A stretch of DNA of 64,000 nucleotides from an uncultured Gammaproteobacteria bacterium. Lineage in GTDB: Bacteria > Pseudomonadota > Gammaproteobacteria > CAWCPV01. The position numbers and the translations under genes are program-made. A model generated the notes under the pieces. That model ran no database searches. It was not told the origin of the DNA and was given only the letters and a program-made list of their open reading frames with translations. Numbering within the stretch: the first letter of the stretch is position 1; the number at the start of each line of letters is the position of its first letter. Below are positions 31,749 to 42,111 of this stretch, one piece after another. The DNA is taken from the NCBI GenBank assembly GCA_963797555.1, contig CAWCPV010000020.1:32001-96000 (forward strand). The letters are read 5' to 3'.

Positions 31749-32347
31749 GACGCACCCTCCAGGGTCAGAACGGCTCGCCCGAGCCCACGCGAGCGACGTG
31801 CCCCCACTCCCTGCACCAGCGGCAACGCCATCTTGACCAATTCCGGCCAGCGCGACGCCAGATCAGCATAGCGAGCGCCAAGCACGATATGCACCTGCGC
31901 GTACAGGGTGAGGGGCACCACCATCTCGATGCCACGCAGGGTCTTCTCCCTGGCGGTGCCCGTCTCGTGCTCGATCCCGGTACTAAAATGGCTGCGATAG
32001 AGCCCCTGGGCAAGATCTCGATGCTCTGAGAGGTAGGCTGCCTCATCCTTCGGGAGGGCGGCGTCGGAGAAGCGCAACAGCCCAGGCCAAGTCTTGGCGC
32101 CTTCCCGGCCATAGGGACCGAATAGCTGATCGGCGACGCTTGCCGCGTCCGCCGGAACATCAGGGTAACCACCAAAGACTTCCCAGCGGTGTACTGCATT
32201 GCGCAGCAGGCCCTTGACCGTGCGTCCGGGCAATGCAGGTAACCCTCGCGCATTGCGATGGGTGGTGGCGTCCAGATAACTGCCCTGGCCGCGCCCGGTG
32301 CCAGGATGCCAGTAGCTCACGATCTCAATGCGCAAGCGGCAGCTCAT
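31745..32347 (-). CDS. csm3: Cas7 (Csm3-like) RAMP
   Basis: YWHPGTG.G, GLPALPGRTVKGLLR, TGI..ETGTA...TLR.IE, VGARRSRGLG. Confidence 0.88.
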   Translation of the reverse strand: MSCRLRIEIVSYWHPGTGRGQGSYLDATTHRNARGLPALPGRTVKGLLRNAVHRWEVFGGYPDVPADAASVADQLFGPYGREGAKTWPGLLRFSDAALPKDEAAYLSEHRDLAQGLYRSHFSTGIEHETGTAREKTLRGIEMVVPLTLYAQVHIVLGARYADLASRWPELVKMALPLVQGVGARRSRGLGRAVLTLEGAS

Positions 32348-33948
32348 GGGGTCACCTCCCGTGTCTGAAGACTCCGTCCATTGTTCAGAGCGTTGCCGAC
32401 GGAACGCAGCATGACAACGTCGCCCAGTGGCGAGCGGCGTAATCCCTTTGCACCTGCCGGTCCATATGGCAGGTCGTTCGTGGGCTCTACCTGGGCGAGG
32501 CGTTTTAGCAGGCTATCGAATCTGTCCAGGGACTCGCCCAGCTTCTCCGCCATCACCTCGCGCCAGCGGGCATAGTGGCGCACTGCTTGATCCGGGGCGC
32601 GGCCGAGCAGCCCCAGCAGCTCGCGAGCAGCACCACGGGCCATCCGCGGCTCATTGAGGAGCCGCTGCAGTGCCAGCAACTCATCCAGGACTGGCAGTCC
32701 TTTCCCCGGCTCGATCGCGTAGCATTCGAGGGTCTGGCATAGACGACCAGTGGTCAACTCGCGGTCTAGGACCGTCTCGAAATCATCTAGGAGGGTCGTG
32801 GTGACCCGGTGGAAGGTGAGGGCAGATGGCACTGCATCACAGTCTGGCGCATGCTTAGCCCAGCGCTTGGCATGCTTGCACAGGTCCTCGGCCAGTTCAT
32901 GGAGCAGGTAGAAAGGTTGGCTCGCGTTGGCATAGGCGATACCAGCACAGGCCGTGAGCTGCTTGGGCAGTTGCTCCAGCGCGTGTTCACCGCGCAGTTT
33001 TCCTAGACTCTTCTCGCTCTCAGCGGCAAAGGCTGCCAGGAAGCGGCGGGTGAAATCGAGGGCCAGATCGGCCCGCACAATGATAGTGAGATCATCGCCC
33101 CCTAGTACGATGGGGCGAGCCGGATACACCCCATCCTGACCTCTTGATGGCGCAAGCACCTCCTGCGTCGCCGCCTGGGCGGCGCGGCGAGTCGCATCCG
33201 TTACGGCAGCCGAGAAGGCATGAAAGATCTGCACGTAGTCATTCGGTCGGCTCTTGGCAACTTGACCTAGCTTCATTAGGAGCTGGCCCAGCCCGTTGCC
33301 GTCGGCATGGACCAGGGCGATGGTGCGTTCCTCCTCTGTAAAGGGGAAGTTGCGTTCCCTGCCCTCCCCCTCTTCGGGGCTGAGGTTCAGCGGCCATGCG
33401 TCCCGGTCGTCATCTGGTGCAAAGCGGGCAGCTATTTCCCTCCCCTGGGCAAAGTCAAGCTTGCGCCGGGTAGCGGCATCCACAGGCTCCTTGTCCGAAC
33501 TGCCTTTCTTGGTGGCAAACCCGCTCGCGGAGTCCCCGGTGCGGCGACTGCGCACCGCGAAGGGGCCGGCTTGGGGCAGGCGCATGACCGGCCGGTTGCG
33601 GTCGGCAAGGAGGAGACGCTGTGCCTGATCGAATGCCTCGTGCGCCGTGCCCCCCTGCCCCTGTGCTTGAACGAATTCTAAATCGGGGGCGTATTGGCGC
33701 ACCACCAGAGGCCATAGCATGGCAAGCCGCTCGATGGTCTCCGCGTCGGTGCTGAAAGCATAGAATGCTCCGCCACCGCGGCGGGAAAACCGAATCTCGC
33801 CGTCCACCGCTTCGAGAACGTCTTCCAGAAGCGAGCCAGTCAGGCCCTCGACTAGCTCGCTCCCCCCGACAATCTCCTTCAATCGGTTAGTCGCCAGAAT
33901 ATAGGACTGAATGGACTTAGCTTCGAACAGGTAAGAATGGTTCGCCAT
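32344..33948 (-). CDS. cas10: Cas10, HD-less type III-D form with intact Palm
   Basis: Starts directly at EAKSIQSYI (no HD domain); contains GGG, HADGNGLG and RPIVLGGDDL. Confidence 0.93.
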   Translation of the reverse strand: MANHSYLFEAKSIQSYILATNRLKEIVGGSELVEGLTGSLLEDVLEAVDGEIRFSRRGGGAFYAFSTDAETIERLAMLWPLVVRQYAPDLEFVQAQGQGGTAHEAFDQAQRLLLADRNRPVMRLPQAGPFAVRSRRTGDSASGFATKKGSSDKEPVDAATRRKLDFAQGREIAARFAPDDDRDAWPLNLSPEEGEGRERNFPFTEEERTIALVHADGNGLGQLLMKLGQVAKSRPNDYVQIFHAFSAAVTDATRRAAQAATQEVLAPSRGQDGVYPARPIVLGGDDLTIIVRADLALDFTRRFLAAFAAESEKSLGKLRGEHALEQLPKQLTACAGIAYANASQPFYLLHELAEDLCKHAKRWAKHAPDCDAVPSALTFHRVTTTLLDDFETVLDRELTTGRLCQTLECYAIEPGKGLPVLDELLALQRLLNEPRMARGAARELLGLLGRAPDQAVRHYARWREVMAEKLGESLDRFDSLLKRLAQVEPTNDLPYGPAGAKGLRRSPLGDVVMLRSVGNALNNGRSLQTREVTP

Positions 33949-34217
33949 GCATTGACTCTCCCTCGTTTAGGTATTCGTGATAACCGCGCGCTTACGTCGC
34001 CTCGGATCATGTGAAGGGTTTTAATCCTTCATCACATCATTGATGGACGATCGGGACAGATATTGTCCATTACACCCCCCTGTTGCGTGCGGCCTCTATC
34101 ATGGCATCAACACCCGCTGGTAGTAGTAATGGAATAGGCCTCGGCACATTCCAGAGGATTCGATCCGTCCAGCGAACCATGGCCCCACGATACGATATAT
34201 CGCTCGAATCTCCTCTG
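33949..34217 (-). promoter_or_regulatory. AT-richer intergenic region upstream of cas10; probable promoter with an imperfect inverted repeat
   Basis: Visibly less GC-rich than its flanks; ATGTGAAGG-GTTTTAAT-CCTTCATCACAT near 34009-34037. Confidence 0.45.
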
Positions 34218-35398
34218 TCATCGCGTTTCTCCTCCTCCTTCGTGGTCTCCAGAAACGCTTACCCACCGGATAGCCTCCGGCTGGAGCTTCAACCCGTACC
34301 GGGTCCGCGGGCGATCCCCGAAAGCGTGGATCTTATAGGGCTGAGCGCCCGGGCCAAGCATGGCGCCGAGGCGGGAGTGCAGCTCGGACTTGCGCTCCAT
34401 GAAGGTCCCGCCGTCCATTCCTTTCTGCAATCGCTGTCTGGCGCGGTCGTCGTCGCCCATCTCGCCGATGATCGCCCGGTACTCGCGCAGGAAGGCTTCT
34501 GCGAGGGGGACCTCGGCGCTACGCTTCTCGTCGTCTTTCGGCGGGCAGGGCACGGGCGGCAGCCCCTGCGCGCGGCGGCGGGCGAATAGGCTCAGGAAGG
34601 CCAGCTCCGTGGGTGGCAATTCGACGATCACCCCGCTCGCGCGGACCCGCCGACCCGGCAAGTCTATCAGGAGCTCTGCTGGCCCGAACGCCCGTTGTGC
34701 CGCGGCTACCGTCTCGCATAACGTAGCGCGGCCCGCCAGCAAGGCATTGGGCATCCCATGGCGCAGGCTGTAGAAGGGGATGTCGGCCAGCGTGACGCGG
34801 GCGGCGGCCGTGTCAGCCAGCTTGTTCTCGCGCACGCTGATGACGCGGCTGTAGGGAGTAGGGTAGAAGAAATCCCAGCTCGACTCGAAGGCTCGCTCAC
34901 GAGGCAGTGGGAGAGCCGGTCCTGGGGTCGGCCGAACAGGGAGATCGCATATCCCAGGTAGAAGCCCATGGTCTTGCGCCCGCCGGCAATGGAGCAATGG
35001 AGGGCCCAGTCGGGATCGGCGGTCAGCTCGCGGACGTTCTCGGTGATGAAATCGGCGGCCAGGCGGTTCTCCTCGGGGCTGCGATTGTCGTCGAGGGGCC
35101 GTCCCCGCGGATCGGTCAGCACGTGGATATGGTCGGCCCCAAAGGCGCTCGGAGGCAGATGGTAGTCCCGGATGAGGCGGCGAAACCAGCCCGGGTCCTC
35201 GGAGACCAGGGCAAGCCGTGCCCGCTCGGCCCCTTCGAGGGTGGTGATGAGGTGCACCTCCGTGGGGACGAACGGCGGCTCGGAACACACCGCCAGTGCA
35301 TATAGCGTCTCGGTCACCACCTGGGGCGTGAGCCCAGTGACGGCCAGCAGAACGCGCCGCGCATAGGTCTCAGGTCGAGCTCGGTCGTAGGTGTCCAT
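34218..35398 (-). CDS. NE0113-family CARF protein with C-terminal winged-helix-like domain; frameshift near 34900
   Basis: VLLAVTGLTPQVVTETLYAL, SIAGGRKTMGFY and GRPQDRLSH in one frame; FESSWDFFYP, LADIPF and ELPPTELAF in the next. Confidence 0.85.
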
Positions 35399-35454
35399 GG
35401 CGGCTACTATAAGCGGAGGCCGGCTTGCCGGTCCGCTCCCGCAAGCTTGCCGGC

Positions 35455-35550
35455 CTGGCTCGCGGGTGACGCAGACCGTGCGCTTGAGGACGTGCCCAAA
35501 GGCTGCCTTCCCTCGTGCACAATAATCGCGCCAGCGGTCCGGCGAAAAGG
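35455..35550 (-). pseudogene. Short degenerate cas6 fragment
   Basis: Encodes AFGHVLKRTVCVTR, matching ALGHSLRRTVCVTR in the full cas6. Confidence 0.65.
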
Positions 35551-35908
35551 TGCGACTGTCGCTTATCGCCCGGGTTGGCCGGCGTAATGCAAGCGCCGAA
35601 AGCTCCAACTCTTTGCAACTCTGCTACCAAGCCGCGGAGGAGGCCTGATGCCCCCCGGCGACCATCCGCGTGTTCCTCGCGGGCGATCCATCCACGCATC
35701 GGTGATTGTCAAGCTGCCTTCGGCTGCCAGACGTTCCGCAAAGCCGCAACTGGTGTAGTGGTCCATGCCTCTCAGCCCACGTGGAACACCGTGATGATTA
35801 CGACATAGCTGCCCCGATCGTCCTGATCGCCACCCCGATGCGCTGACGCCAAGCCAAAGAACTCCGGCGGAAGCGAGCGGCATGCGCCGCTGTGCGAAGA
35901 AGGGATGC

Positions 35909-36865
35909 CTACGACTCCGCGATGGCGTAGCGGCCGAGCCCCATGCTGGTCCCCTTGCCGGCGTGGGTCCACTGCCCTAACCAGAGATAGGGCCAGAAGG
36001 GCTCCATGCCGGTCATGTCCAGATCGACGGTGCCGAGCAGCCCGCCCATCTCCATGGTCGTCCCCTGACGGGAGGAGTAGCGCGTCCAGTCTTGCCACCG
36101 CAGCGCCGTGGAGGGCCGCGGAACCCGGCGGGCGGCGGTCATGAGGCCGGCGAAGTCGGTCTTGAGAGGCGTGTCGGTATGGAAGTAGGTCAGCATGGAG
36201 ATGCGCCGCAGCAGGCTACCGAACAGGTCTCGAAGGTCGAAGTTGTCCGGCCCGACGAAATGGCCGTCGCGCTTGATCCGCAGTGGGGTTTCGAGATGCA
36301 GGCGGACCTTCTGCGGCATCTCCGGCGGCATCGGGACCTGGGGCGGCTGGGCGCGGAGCGCGTCACCCGGCCGATAGACCCATTCCCAGGAATCCGGCGA
36401 GCCCGTCTGCTGCCAGACCTGATCCAGATGGAACGGCGTCCGTGCGCTCCCCAAGCCCTCTTCCCCCGCCTGCTGCAGCGCGTGTACCAGGTAAGGGAGG
36501 TACTGATTGCCGCGCCCGAAAAGCACGAGGCCCAGGGGATACGGGACGCCCCCACCGGTCTCCTCGGGCGTGGGCATCTCCAGGACGAACGGGTGCGGCG
36601 CCGCGTTGTAGCGGCGCATCTTCTGCGCCTGCGGCGGAGGTGGCGTCTCGAAGACGTAGGGGTAGGCGCAGGAGCCGATGAGCAGGCAGCCGGCGCACGT
36701 GGGCAGGCGGGTGACGCACACGGTGCGCCTGAGGGAGTGACCCAAGGCGCCGCGCCAGGCCGATCCCGCGTACGCGGGCAGCCTGGGCTGGCCGGCGGTC
36801 ACGAACTCCAGACGGTAGCGACCGACGGGCAGCTCGGGAGCTACCGCATAGGGTGAGGGTGGCAA
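35909..36865 (-). CDS. cas6: Cas6 crRNA-processing endoribonuclease
   Basis: GSAWRGALG..L, Cys cluster, HPFVL, TPLRIK, DWTRYSSRQ and C-terminal GKGTSMGLG loop; TTG start with GGAGG RBS. Confidence 0.92.
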   Translation of the reverse strand: MPPSPYAVAPELPVGRYRLEFVTAGQPRLPAYAGSAWRGALGHSLRRTVCVTRLPTCAGCLLIGSCAYPYVFETPPPPQAQKMRRYNAAPHPFVLEMPTPEETGGGVPYPLGLVLFGRGNQYLPYLVHALQQAGEEGLGSARTPFHLDQVWQQTGSPDSWEWVYRPGDALRAQPPQVPMPPEMPQKVRLHLETPLRIKRDGHFVGPDNFDLRDLFGSLLRRISMLTYFHTDTPLKTDFAGLMTAARRVPRPSTALRWQDWTRYSSRQGTTMEMGGLLGTVDLDMTGMEPFWPYLWLGQWTHAGKGTSMGLGRYAIAES

Positions 36866-37136
36866 GATTTCCTCCCTGATGTGCGATGCGCGGCCCCGCG
36901 CTCTTGGAATAGGTCCCGAGGGCAGCGCAAGCACAGTGTAGACCACGGAGCCGGGAGTGCAGGAGCCGCATGCTTGCCGCAGCGGCCGTCGGCCGCGCCT
37001 CCGCCAGCGGTGCTGCGGCGCACCCTTGACTTGCCTGGGAGGGCGTCCCATAGTGGCTCGCCACAAATCGAGGGGTCAGGTTCCGGCATCCTGGAGCCAC
37101 GGCCGAGCCCGCTAGAGATGTCAGCAGGAGGTCACC

Positions 37137-37766
37137 ATGAACCTGGTGCAGCGCGCCAAGAACATCATCCTGAATCCCGCCGAGGAGTGGCCGGTCATCG
37201 AAGCCGAGCAGGCGGACATGGCCGGACTCTACAAGAGCTATATCATTCCGCTGGCCGCTATCGCACCGGTCTGCTCGCTGATTGGCATGTGGCTCGTCGG
37301 CATCCGCATACCGATCGTCGGCACGGTATTTCACGTCTCGTTCGGCCATGCTCTGGTCTACAGCGTGATCTCCTACCTGCTCACCCTCGCCGGGGTGTTC
37401 GTCGTCTCGCTCATCGTCAATGGCGTCGCCCCCTACTTCGTGGGCGTGCCGGACCGCATCCAGTCCCTCAAGGTCGTGGCTTACGCGAGCACACCCGGCT
37501 GGGTGGCTGGCGTGCTGCAGCTAGTGCCAATGCTGGGGCTGGCGACCCTGCTGCTGTCCCTTTACGGCCTCTATCTGCTCTACAAGGGGCTGCCGGTCCT
37601 CATGAAGTCGCCCCCCGAGAAGGCCCTGGGCTACACGGCGGTCGTGGTCGTCGGGGCGGTCATCGTGTTCTTGGTCATCGGCTCCATCACACACTCGTTC
37701 ATCCGCCTGCCCGCACCCGATCTCCACATGACGCCGTCCCAGCTCCCGTCCGAGCTGACGCAGTAA
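37137..37766 (+). CDS. Yip1-family membrane protein
   Basis: RAKNIILNP.EEW..I..E, about 5 TM segments, AYASTPGWV, LYGLYLLY.GLP.LM. Confidence 0.85.
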   Translation: MNLVQRAKNIILNPAEEWPVIEAEQADMAGLYKSYIIPLAAIAPVCSLIGMWLVGIRIPIVGTVFHVSFGHALVYSVISYLLTLAGVFVVSLIVNGVAPYFVGVPDRIQSLKVVAYASTPGWVAGVLQLVPMLGLATLLLSLYGLYLLYKGLPVLMKSPPEKALGYTAVVVVGAVIVFLVIGSITHSFIRLPAPDLHMTPSQLPSELTQ

Positions 37767-37788
37767 GCGATCGGGTGAAGCGGCCGCC

Positions 37789-38065
37789 CTCAGGTCGCCT
37801 GCTTCAGCGCGCGCAGCTCCGCCAGCAGGGGCATCTCCTGGTACGCTTCGTCGGGCACACGTTCCCAATCGATACCGGACGGAGGCAAGGGCGGCTAGTC
37901 CACCCGGATGACCTCGTCCGGGGTGACGATGACGGCCACCGGGAGGTCGTGGGGATGCGTCGGGAAGCCGCGCACCACTTGCAGAGGATGGACCGTGGTG
38001 AGCACCGGCACCGGCGGGTGGCCGAGCTCCCGGAGGATGGCATATTCCAGGTCGGTGAGGGGCCC
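37789..38065 (-). pseudogene. C-terminal fragment of a 5-formyltetrahydrofolate cyclo-ligase-like protein
   Basis: DLEYAILRELG...TTVHPLQVV..FP...HDLPV..IVTPDEVI, internal stop, GIDWE; N-terminus absent. Confidence 0.7.
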
Positions 38066-38169
38066 ATGCGGTGCACGGCCGGCTGACGCAAATCAGAGCG
38101 CCTGGCCGAGCGTGCCGGGCCACTTCCGCAGATGGCACCGCAGGCGGCCCCAGGGCACGCCCGGCCGTC

Positions 38170-39387
38170 TCACCCGCCGGCCGCCAGCTTGCGCTCCAGG
38201 CGCGTCACCCGGTGTCTGTGCACCGCCTGATGCGGCTCCAGGCTCACCAGCCGCTGCGCCAGGTCCAGGGCGGTGCCGGGGTCCCGACGCCGGTGCTCGT
38301 GATACTTCGCCAGGCAGAGAAGGGCGTCCGGATTGCCGCTGACAGCCAGCGCCTCCCAGATCGCCGCAGCAGCCTCCCACGCGTCGCGGCTGCAGTGCAG
38401 GCGCGCGAGCAGAAGCCGTCCCGGAGCATCCAGGTCCGCTGCATGGGCGCAGAGGCAGCCGTAGGCCGCGTCGGGCTTCCCCTCCCGCAGGTGGCCGCGG
38501 GCAATGGCGCAGAGGTCGGCCTGCGCCTCCCCCGGCCTCGTGTACACCGCGGCCAACACCGGCAACAGCGTCGCCAGCGACACCAGGTCCCAGCAGTTGT
38601 GCTCGACGACACCGGGCAGCAGTTGGGTCGCCCCGCGCCGCACCCAGTCGAACCACGCCTCCGGGACCTGCCAGGAAGGCAAGTCCCCGGCGCGCAGGAA
38701 CCGCAGCAGAAGTGCCTCGGCCGTCTGCAGCCGGCAATCGGGCCAGCGGCTCGCGAAGGCGCGGCGCACCGGGTACAGCAGGTCTGCATGGGGGAGACCG
38801 GACAGCGGGTCGCTCATCCCGGCCAGACGATAGCGGGCCGCCAGGAGCGGTGCGTCGAAGCACTTCCCGTTGAAGGTCACCACGCGTTGCGCGTGTCCCA
38901 GCCACTCGCGCGCCGTCTCTAGCAGGTGCGGCTCACCGCCGAACGTGGTGACGAATAGCTGACGCACCCGAAGGCCCGGCGGCTCCAGGCGCGCCAGCCC
39001 GATGAGGAATACCAGGGTTCCGGTCCCCCCCGCCAGACCGGTGGTCTCGGTATCCAGGAACACGTCCCCCGCCTGCGCAGCGGCGACGTGCCCGCCACGG
39101 CTCTGCGTCCTCCAAGACGAAAGCTCCGAGAGGAGGTAATCCCCGTGGCGGTGAGAGAGGGGGAACAAGCGCTCCACCACGATGAGCCCCGGCGTCAGAC
39201 ATCGACCGCGCAGCAGGCCGGCCAGCTCCGCATCGCTCGGGCGTCCCGGCGCGCCGGGGCGTGCCGGCCGCAGACGATCGAGGCGTTCTGCGAGCGTCAC
39301 CTGCCTCGGCGATCCCGGCGCACCGCACCCGTTCTGCCGGCGCAGCAGGGCGAGCCGCTGCCTCAGGGGCGGGCGCTCTGTCTCCAC
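38170..39387 (-). CDS. RNase H-like DEDDh exonuclease with TPR tail (MrfB/YprB-like)
   Basis: FLDTETTGL.GG.GT, VTFNGKCFD, HADLL, HNCWDL, LAKYHEH; lies next to a DUF1998 helicase. Confidence 0.87.
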   Translation of the reverse strand: METERPPLRQRLALLRRQNGCGAPGSPRQVTLAERLDRLRPARPGAPGRPSDAELAGLLRGRCLTPGLIVVERLFPLSHRHGDYLLSELSSWRTQSRGGHVAAAQAGDVFLDTETTGLAGGTGTLVFLIGLARLEPPGLRVRQLFVTTFGGEPHLLETAREWLGHAQRVVTFNGKCFDAPLLAARYRLAGMSDPLSGLPHADLLYPVRRAFASRWPDCRLQTAEALLLRFLRAGDLPSWQVPEAWFDWVRRGATQLLPGVVEHNCWDLVSLATLLPVLAAVYTRPGEAQADLCAIARGHLREGKPDAAYGCLCAHAADLDAPGRLLLARLHCSRDAWEAAAAIWEALAVSGNPDALLCLAKYHEHRRRDPGTALDLAQRLVSLEPHQAVHRHRVTRLERKLAAGG

Positions 39388-39430
39388 GGGTGCTCCCTCC
39401 CGGGATGCGCGCAGGGCTGTGCTCGGCGGC

Positions 39431-41894
39431 TCACCGCTGCGCGGCCTCGGACGCCGCGGGGCTGGACCCTGCCAGCAGCCCGAGCACCGTGAGCGCGGCC
39501 GCCTTCGGGGCGTGTCGGCCCTGCTCATCGATGGCCAGCACCGGCCCGACACAGGCCGGACAACCGTGCGGACAGGTGCAGCCGCGCACCAGCTCATGGG
39601 CGCGTCCCACGACCTGCTCCCGCATATCGTACAGAGGCGTGGAGAGGCCGACGCCGCCGGGGTGGTTGTCGTACAGAAACAGCGTCGGGTGGAAGACGTC
39701 CGCCAAGCCCTCCGGGGCCATGGGCTCACCGTTCGGGGCACGCAACTGCCCGCGGCCGTCCAACCCCGTGGCAGCAAACCACTCCCCCATGCCGTCTCCC
39801 ACGGACCGTCCCAAGTCGTGGCGCTCCGCCATGCTGAGCAGCGCGGCCACGAGATGCATGGCGTGGGCGGCCCCCAGAAAGCCGTCCAGTGCCGTCCAGC
39901 GATCGGCGAATGCCTGTTCGAGCCGGCCGGGTTCCAGCCGCCACCACACGGCGGTGGTGTGCATTTCCTGGTCCGGTAGACGCACGTTGCCGTAGCCGAC
40001 GTTCTCGTGGGTGTAGTAGCGGATCTTCTTGTAGCCGGCCACGCGCCTCAACAGGTGCACTTCGCCGCGGGCGCAGGACCGGTTGCCGGCGCGGTCCTCC
40101 TCGAACCGATCCAGGATCTTGAGGCGCGTGTAGTCGATGGCCTCCGTGTAGTAGTCGGCGCGCGTCTGGCGCACGAATGCCTTGCGCCCGGGCCAATCGA
40201 GCTTCTCCACCTGATGGGGTCGCGCCTGCAACAGGTAGATGGCGCCCTCGTAGAGGGTCATGGCCGCACCCGAGTAGTCCACCTCCCCCAGGATGTCCTG
40301 CCGCCCGTCGGTGACGTCCACCACCACGAAGTTGCCCTCGGCCACCGAGCGCAGAGCTCACGCTGTTGGCGGGATAGCTGTCCGCCATCCAGTGCCAGCG
40401 CTCGCCCTCGTGATGCAGGACCTGCTCTTGCTCCAGGTAGGCGAGGATCTCGCCGAGGTCTTCCTTGCCGAAGCGCTCACCATCCCGGAACGCCAGCTCG
40501 AAGGCCGCGCAACGGACGTGGTCCATGAGAATCAGCAGTTGGTCCGGATCGATGCGTGCATGCTCCGGCGACGCCCCCAGAAAGAAGTCCGGGTGACGCA
40601 CGATGTACTGATCCAGCGCCTCACTGGTGGCGACCAACACCCCCAGCGAGGGCCGTTGGCGGCGCCCAGCCCTGCCCAGGCGCTGCCAGGTGCCGGCAAT
40701 GGTCCCGGGATAGCCGCACAGGACGCACACGTCCAGTGCGCCGATGTCCACACCCAGCTCCAGCGCGGAGGTCGATATCACGCAGTCGATGTCACCGGCA
40801 CGCAGCTTGGTCTCGGTGGCGCGCCGCTCGTTCGGCAGGTAGCCGCCCCGGTACCCGCTGATGCGCGCAGGCCGGCGCGGGTCGCGATCGAACACGTCCT
40901 TGAGGTACTTGGTGAGCACCTCCACCATCAGGCGCGTCTGGGCGAAGATGATGGTCTTGAGGCCGGCGGTAATGGCCAGCCGGGCGACGCGTGTGGACTG
41001 GGAGCGGGCGGAGGCGCGGATCTGCAGCTCGGGATTTACCACCGGCGGGTTCCATAGCAGGAGATGGCGCTCCCCCTGGGGCGCTCCGCTCTCCTCGATG
41101 GCATGCACGGGCGAGCCGACGAGCTGGCGGGCGAGATCTTCGGGGTTCGCGATGGTCGCCGAACAGAGGATGAACACCGGCTCGGATCGATAGAAGCGGC
41201 ACACCCGGCGCAGCCGCCGGATGACGTTGGCGACGTGGGATCCGAATACGCCGCGATAGCTGTGCATCTCGTCGATGACCACGAAGCGCAGCGCCTCGAA
41301 GAACTGAGCCCACTTGGTATGGTGCGGCAGGATCCCTTGATGCAGCATGTCGGGGTTGGACACGACGACATCGCCGTGCACTCGCACTGCCCGCCGCGCA
41401 TCCCCGGGAGTGTCGCCGTCGAAGGTGGCGGCCCGCACGCCGAGGTCCCCGGCACGGTTCAGGGCGAGCAGCTCCGTCACCTGGTCCTGGGACAGGGCCT
41501 TGGTGGGGAACAGATACAGCGCTTTGGCCCGCTCCTGGAGCACTGCGGCGAGCACCGGGAGGTTGTAGCACAGAGTCTTGCCCGAGGCGGTCGGCGTGAC
41601 GATGACGGCATGACGCCCCGCTGTTATCGTTTCCCACGCCTCCCGCTGGTGCGCGTACAGCCTCTGGATGCCGCGCTGGGCGAGCGCGTTGCGCAGCCGG
41701 GGATCGAGGTCGCCGGGCAGGTCGGCGTAGCGGGCCGGGCGGGCTGGAATCACCAGCTCGCCGGTGATGCGCCCGGCGTAGCGGCGTCGCAAATGTGCCG
41801 CGATGGCGGGGACGTCCCGCATGCCGCGCTCTGGCTCACTGACCTGTTGCGCCGCAGGCGGCTGCTCGCGGGAGGGGTGCGGCGACGAGGCCAT
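39431..41894 (-). CDS. DEAH-box helicase with DUF1998 (MrfA/YprA/Hrq1-like); frameshift near 40355
   Basis: TPTASGKT, DEMH, SATIANP, STSALELGVDIG, QRLGRAGR; C-terminal LYD..PGG.G and CTCPHGCPAC. Confidence 0.92.
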
Positions 41895-42111
41895 GCCCTG
41901 AAGTCCTGCCTGCCATGCGGGAAGACCGAGCTGATGGTAAATAACGCCGCGCACTTAAGCAAGCGGCGCGAGGCCATGACCGGAGCCTGGGTCAGGTGCC
42001 GGGGCAAGTCCCCGGCCCTTCTCGCGTTTACACTGGCGCGAGCAGCCTCTATAGTAAAATTCCGCCTTGTAGATGGCCCGCGGCAGCGGCAAGGTGGGTG
42101 GACCGTGAGAC

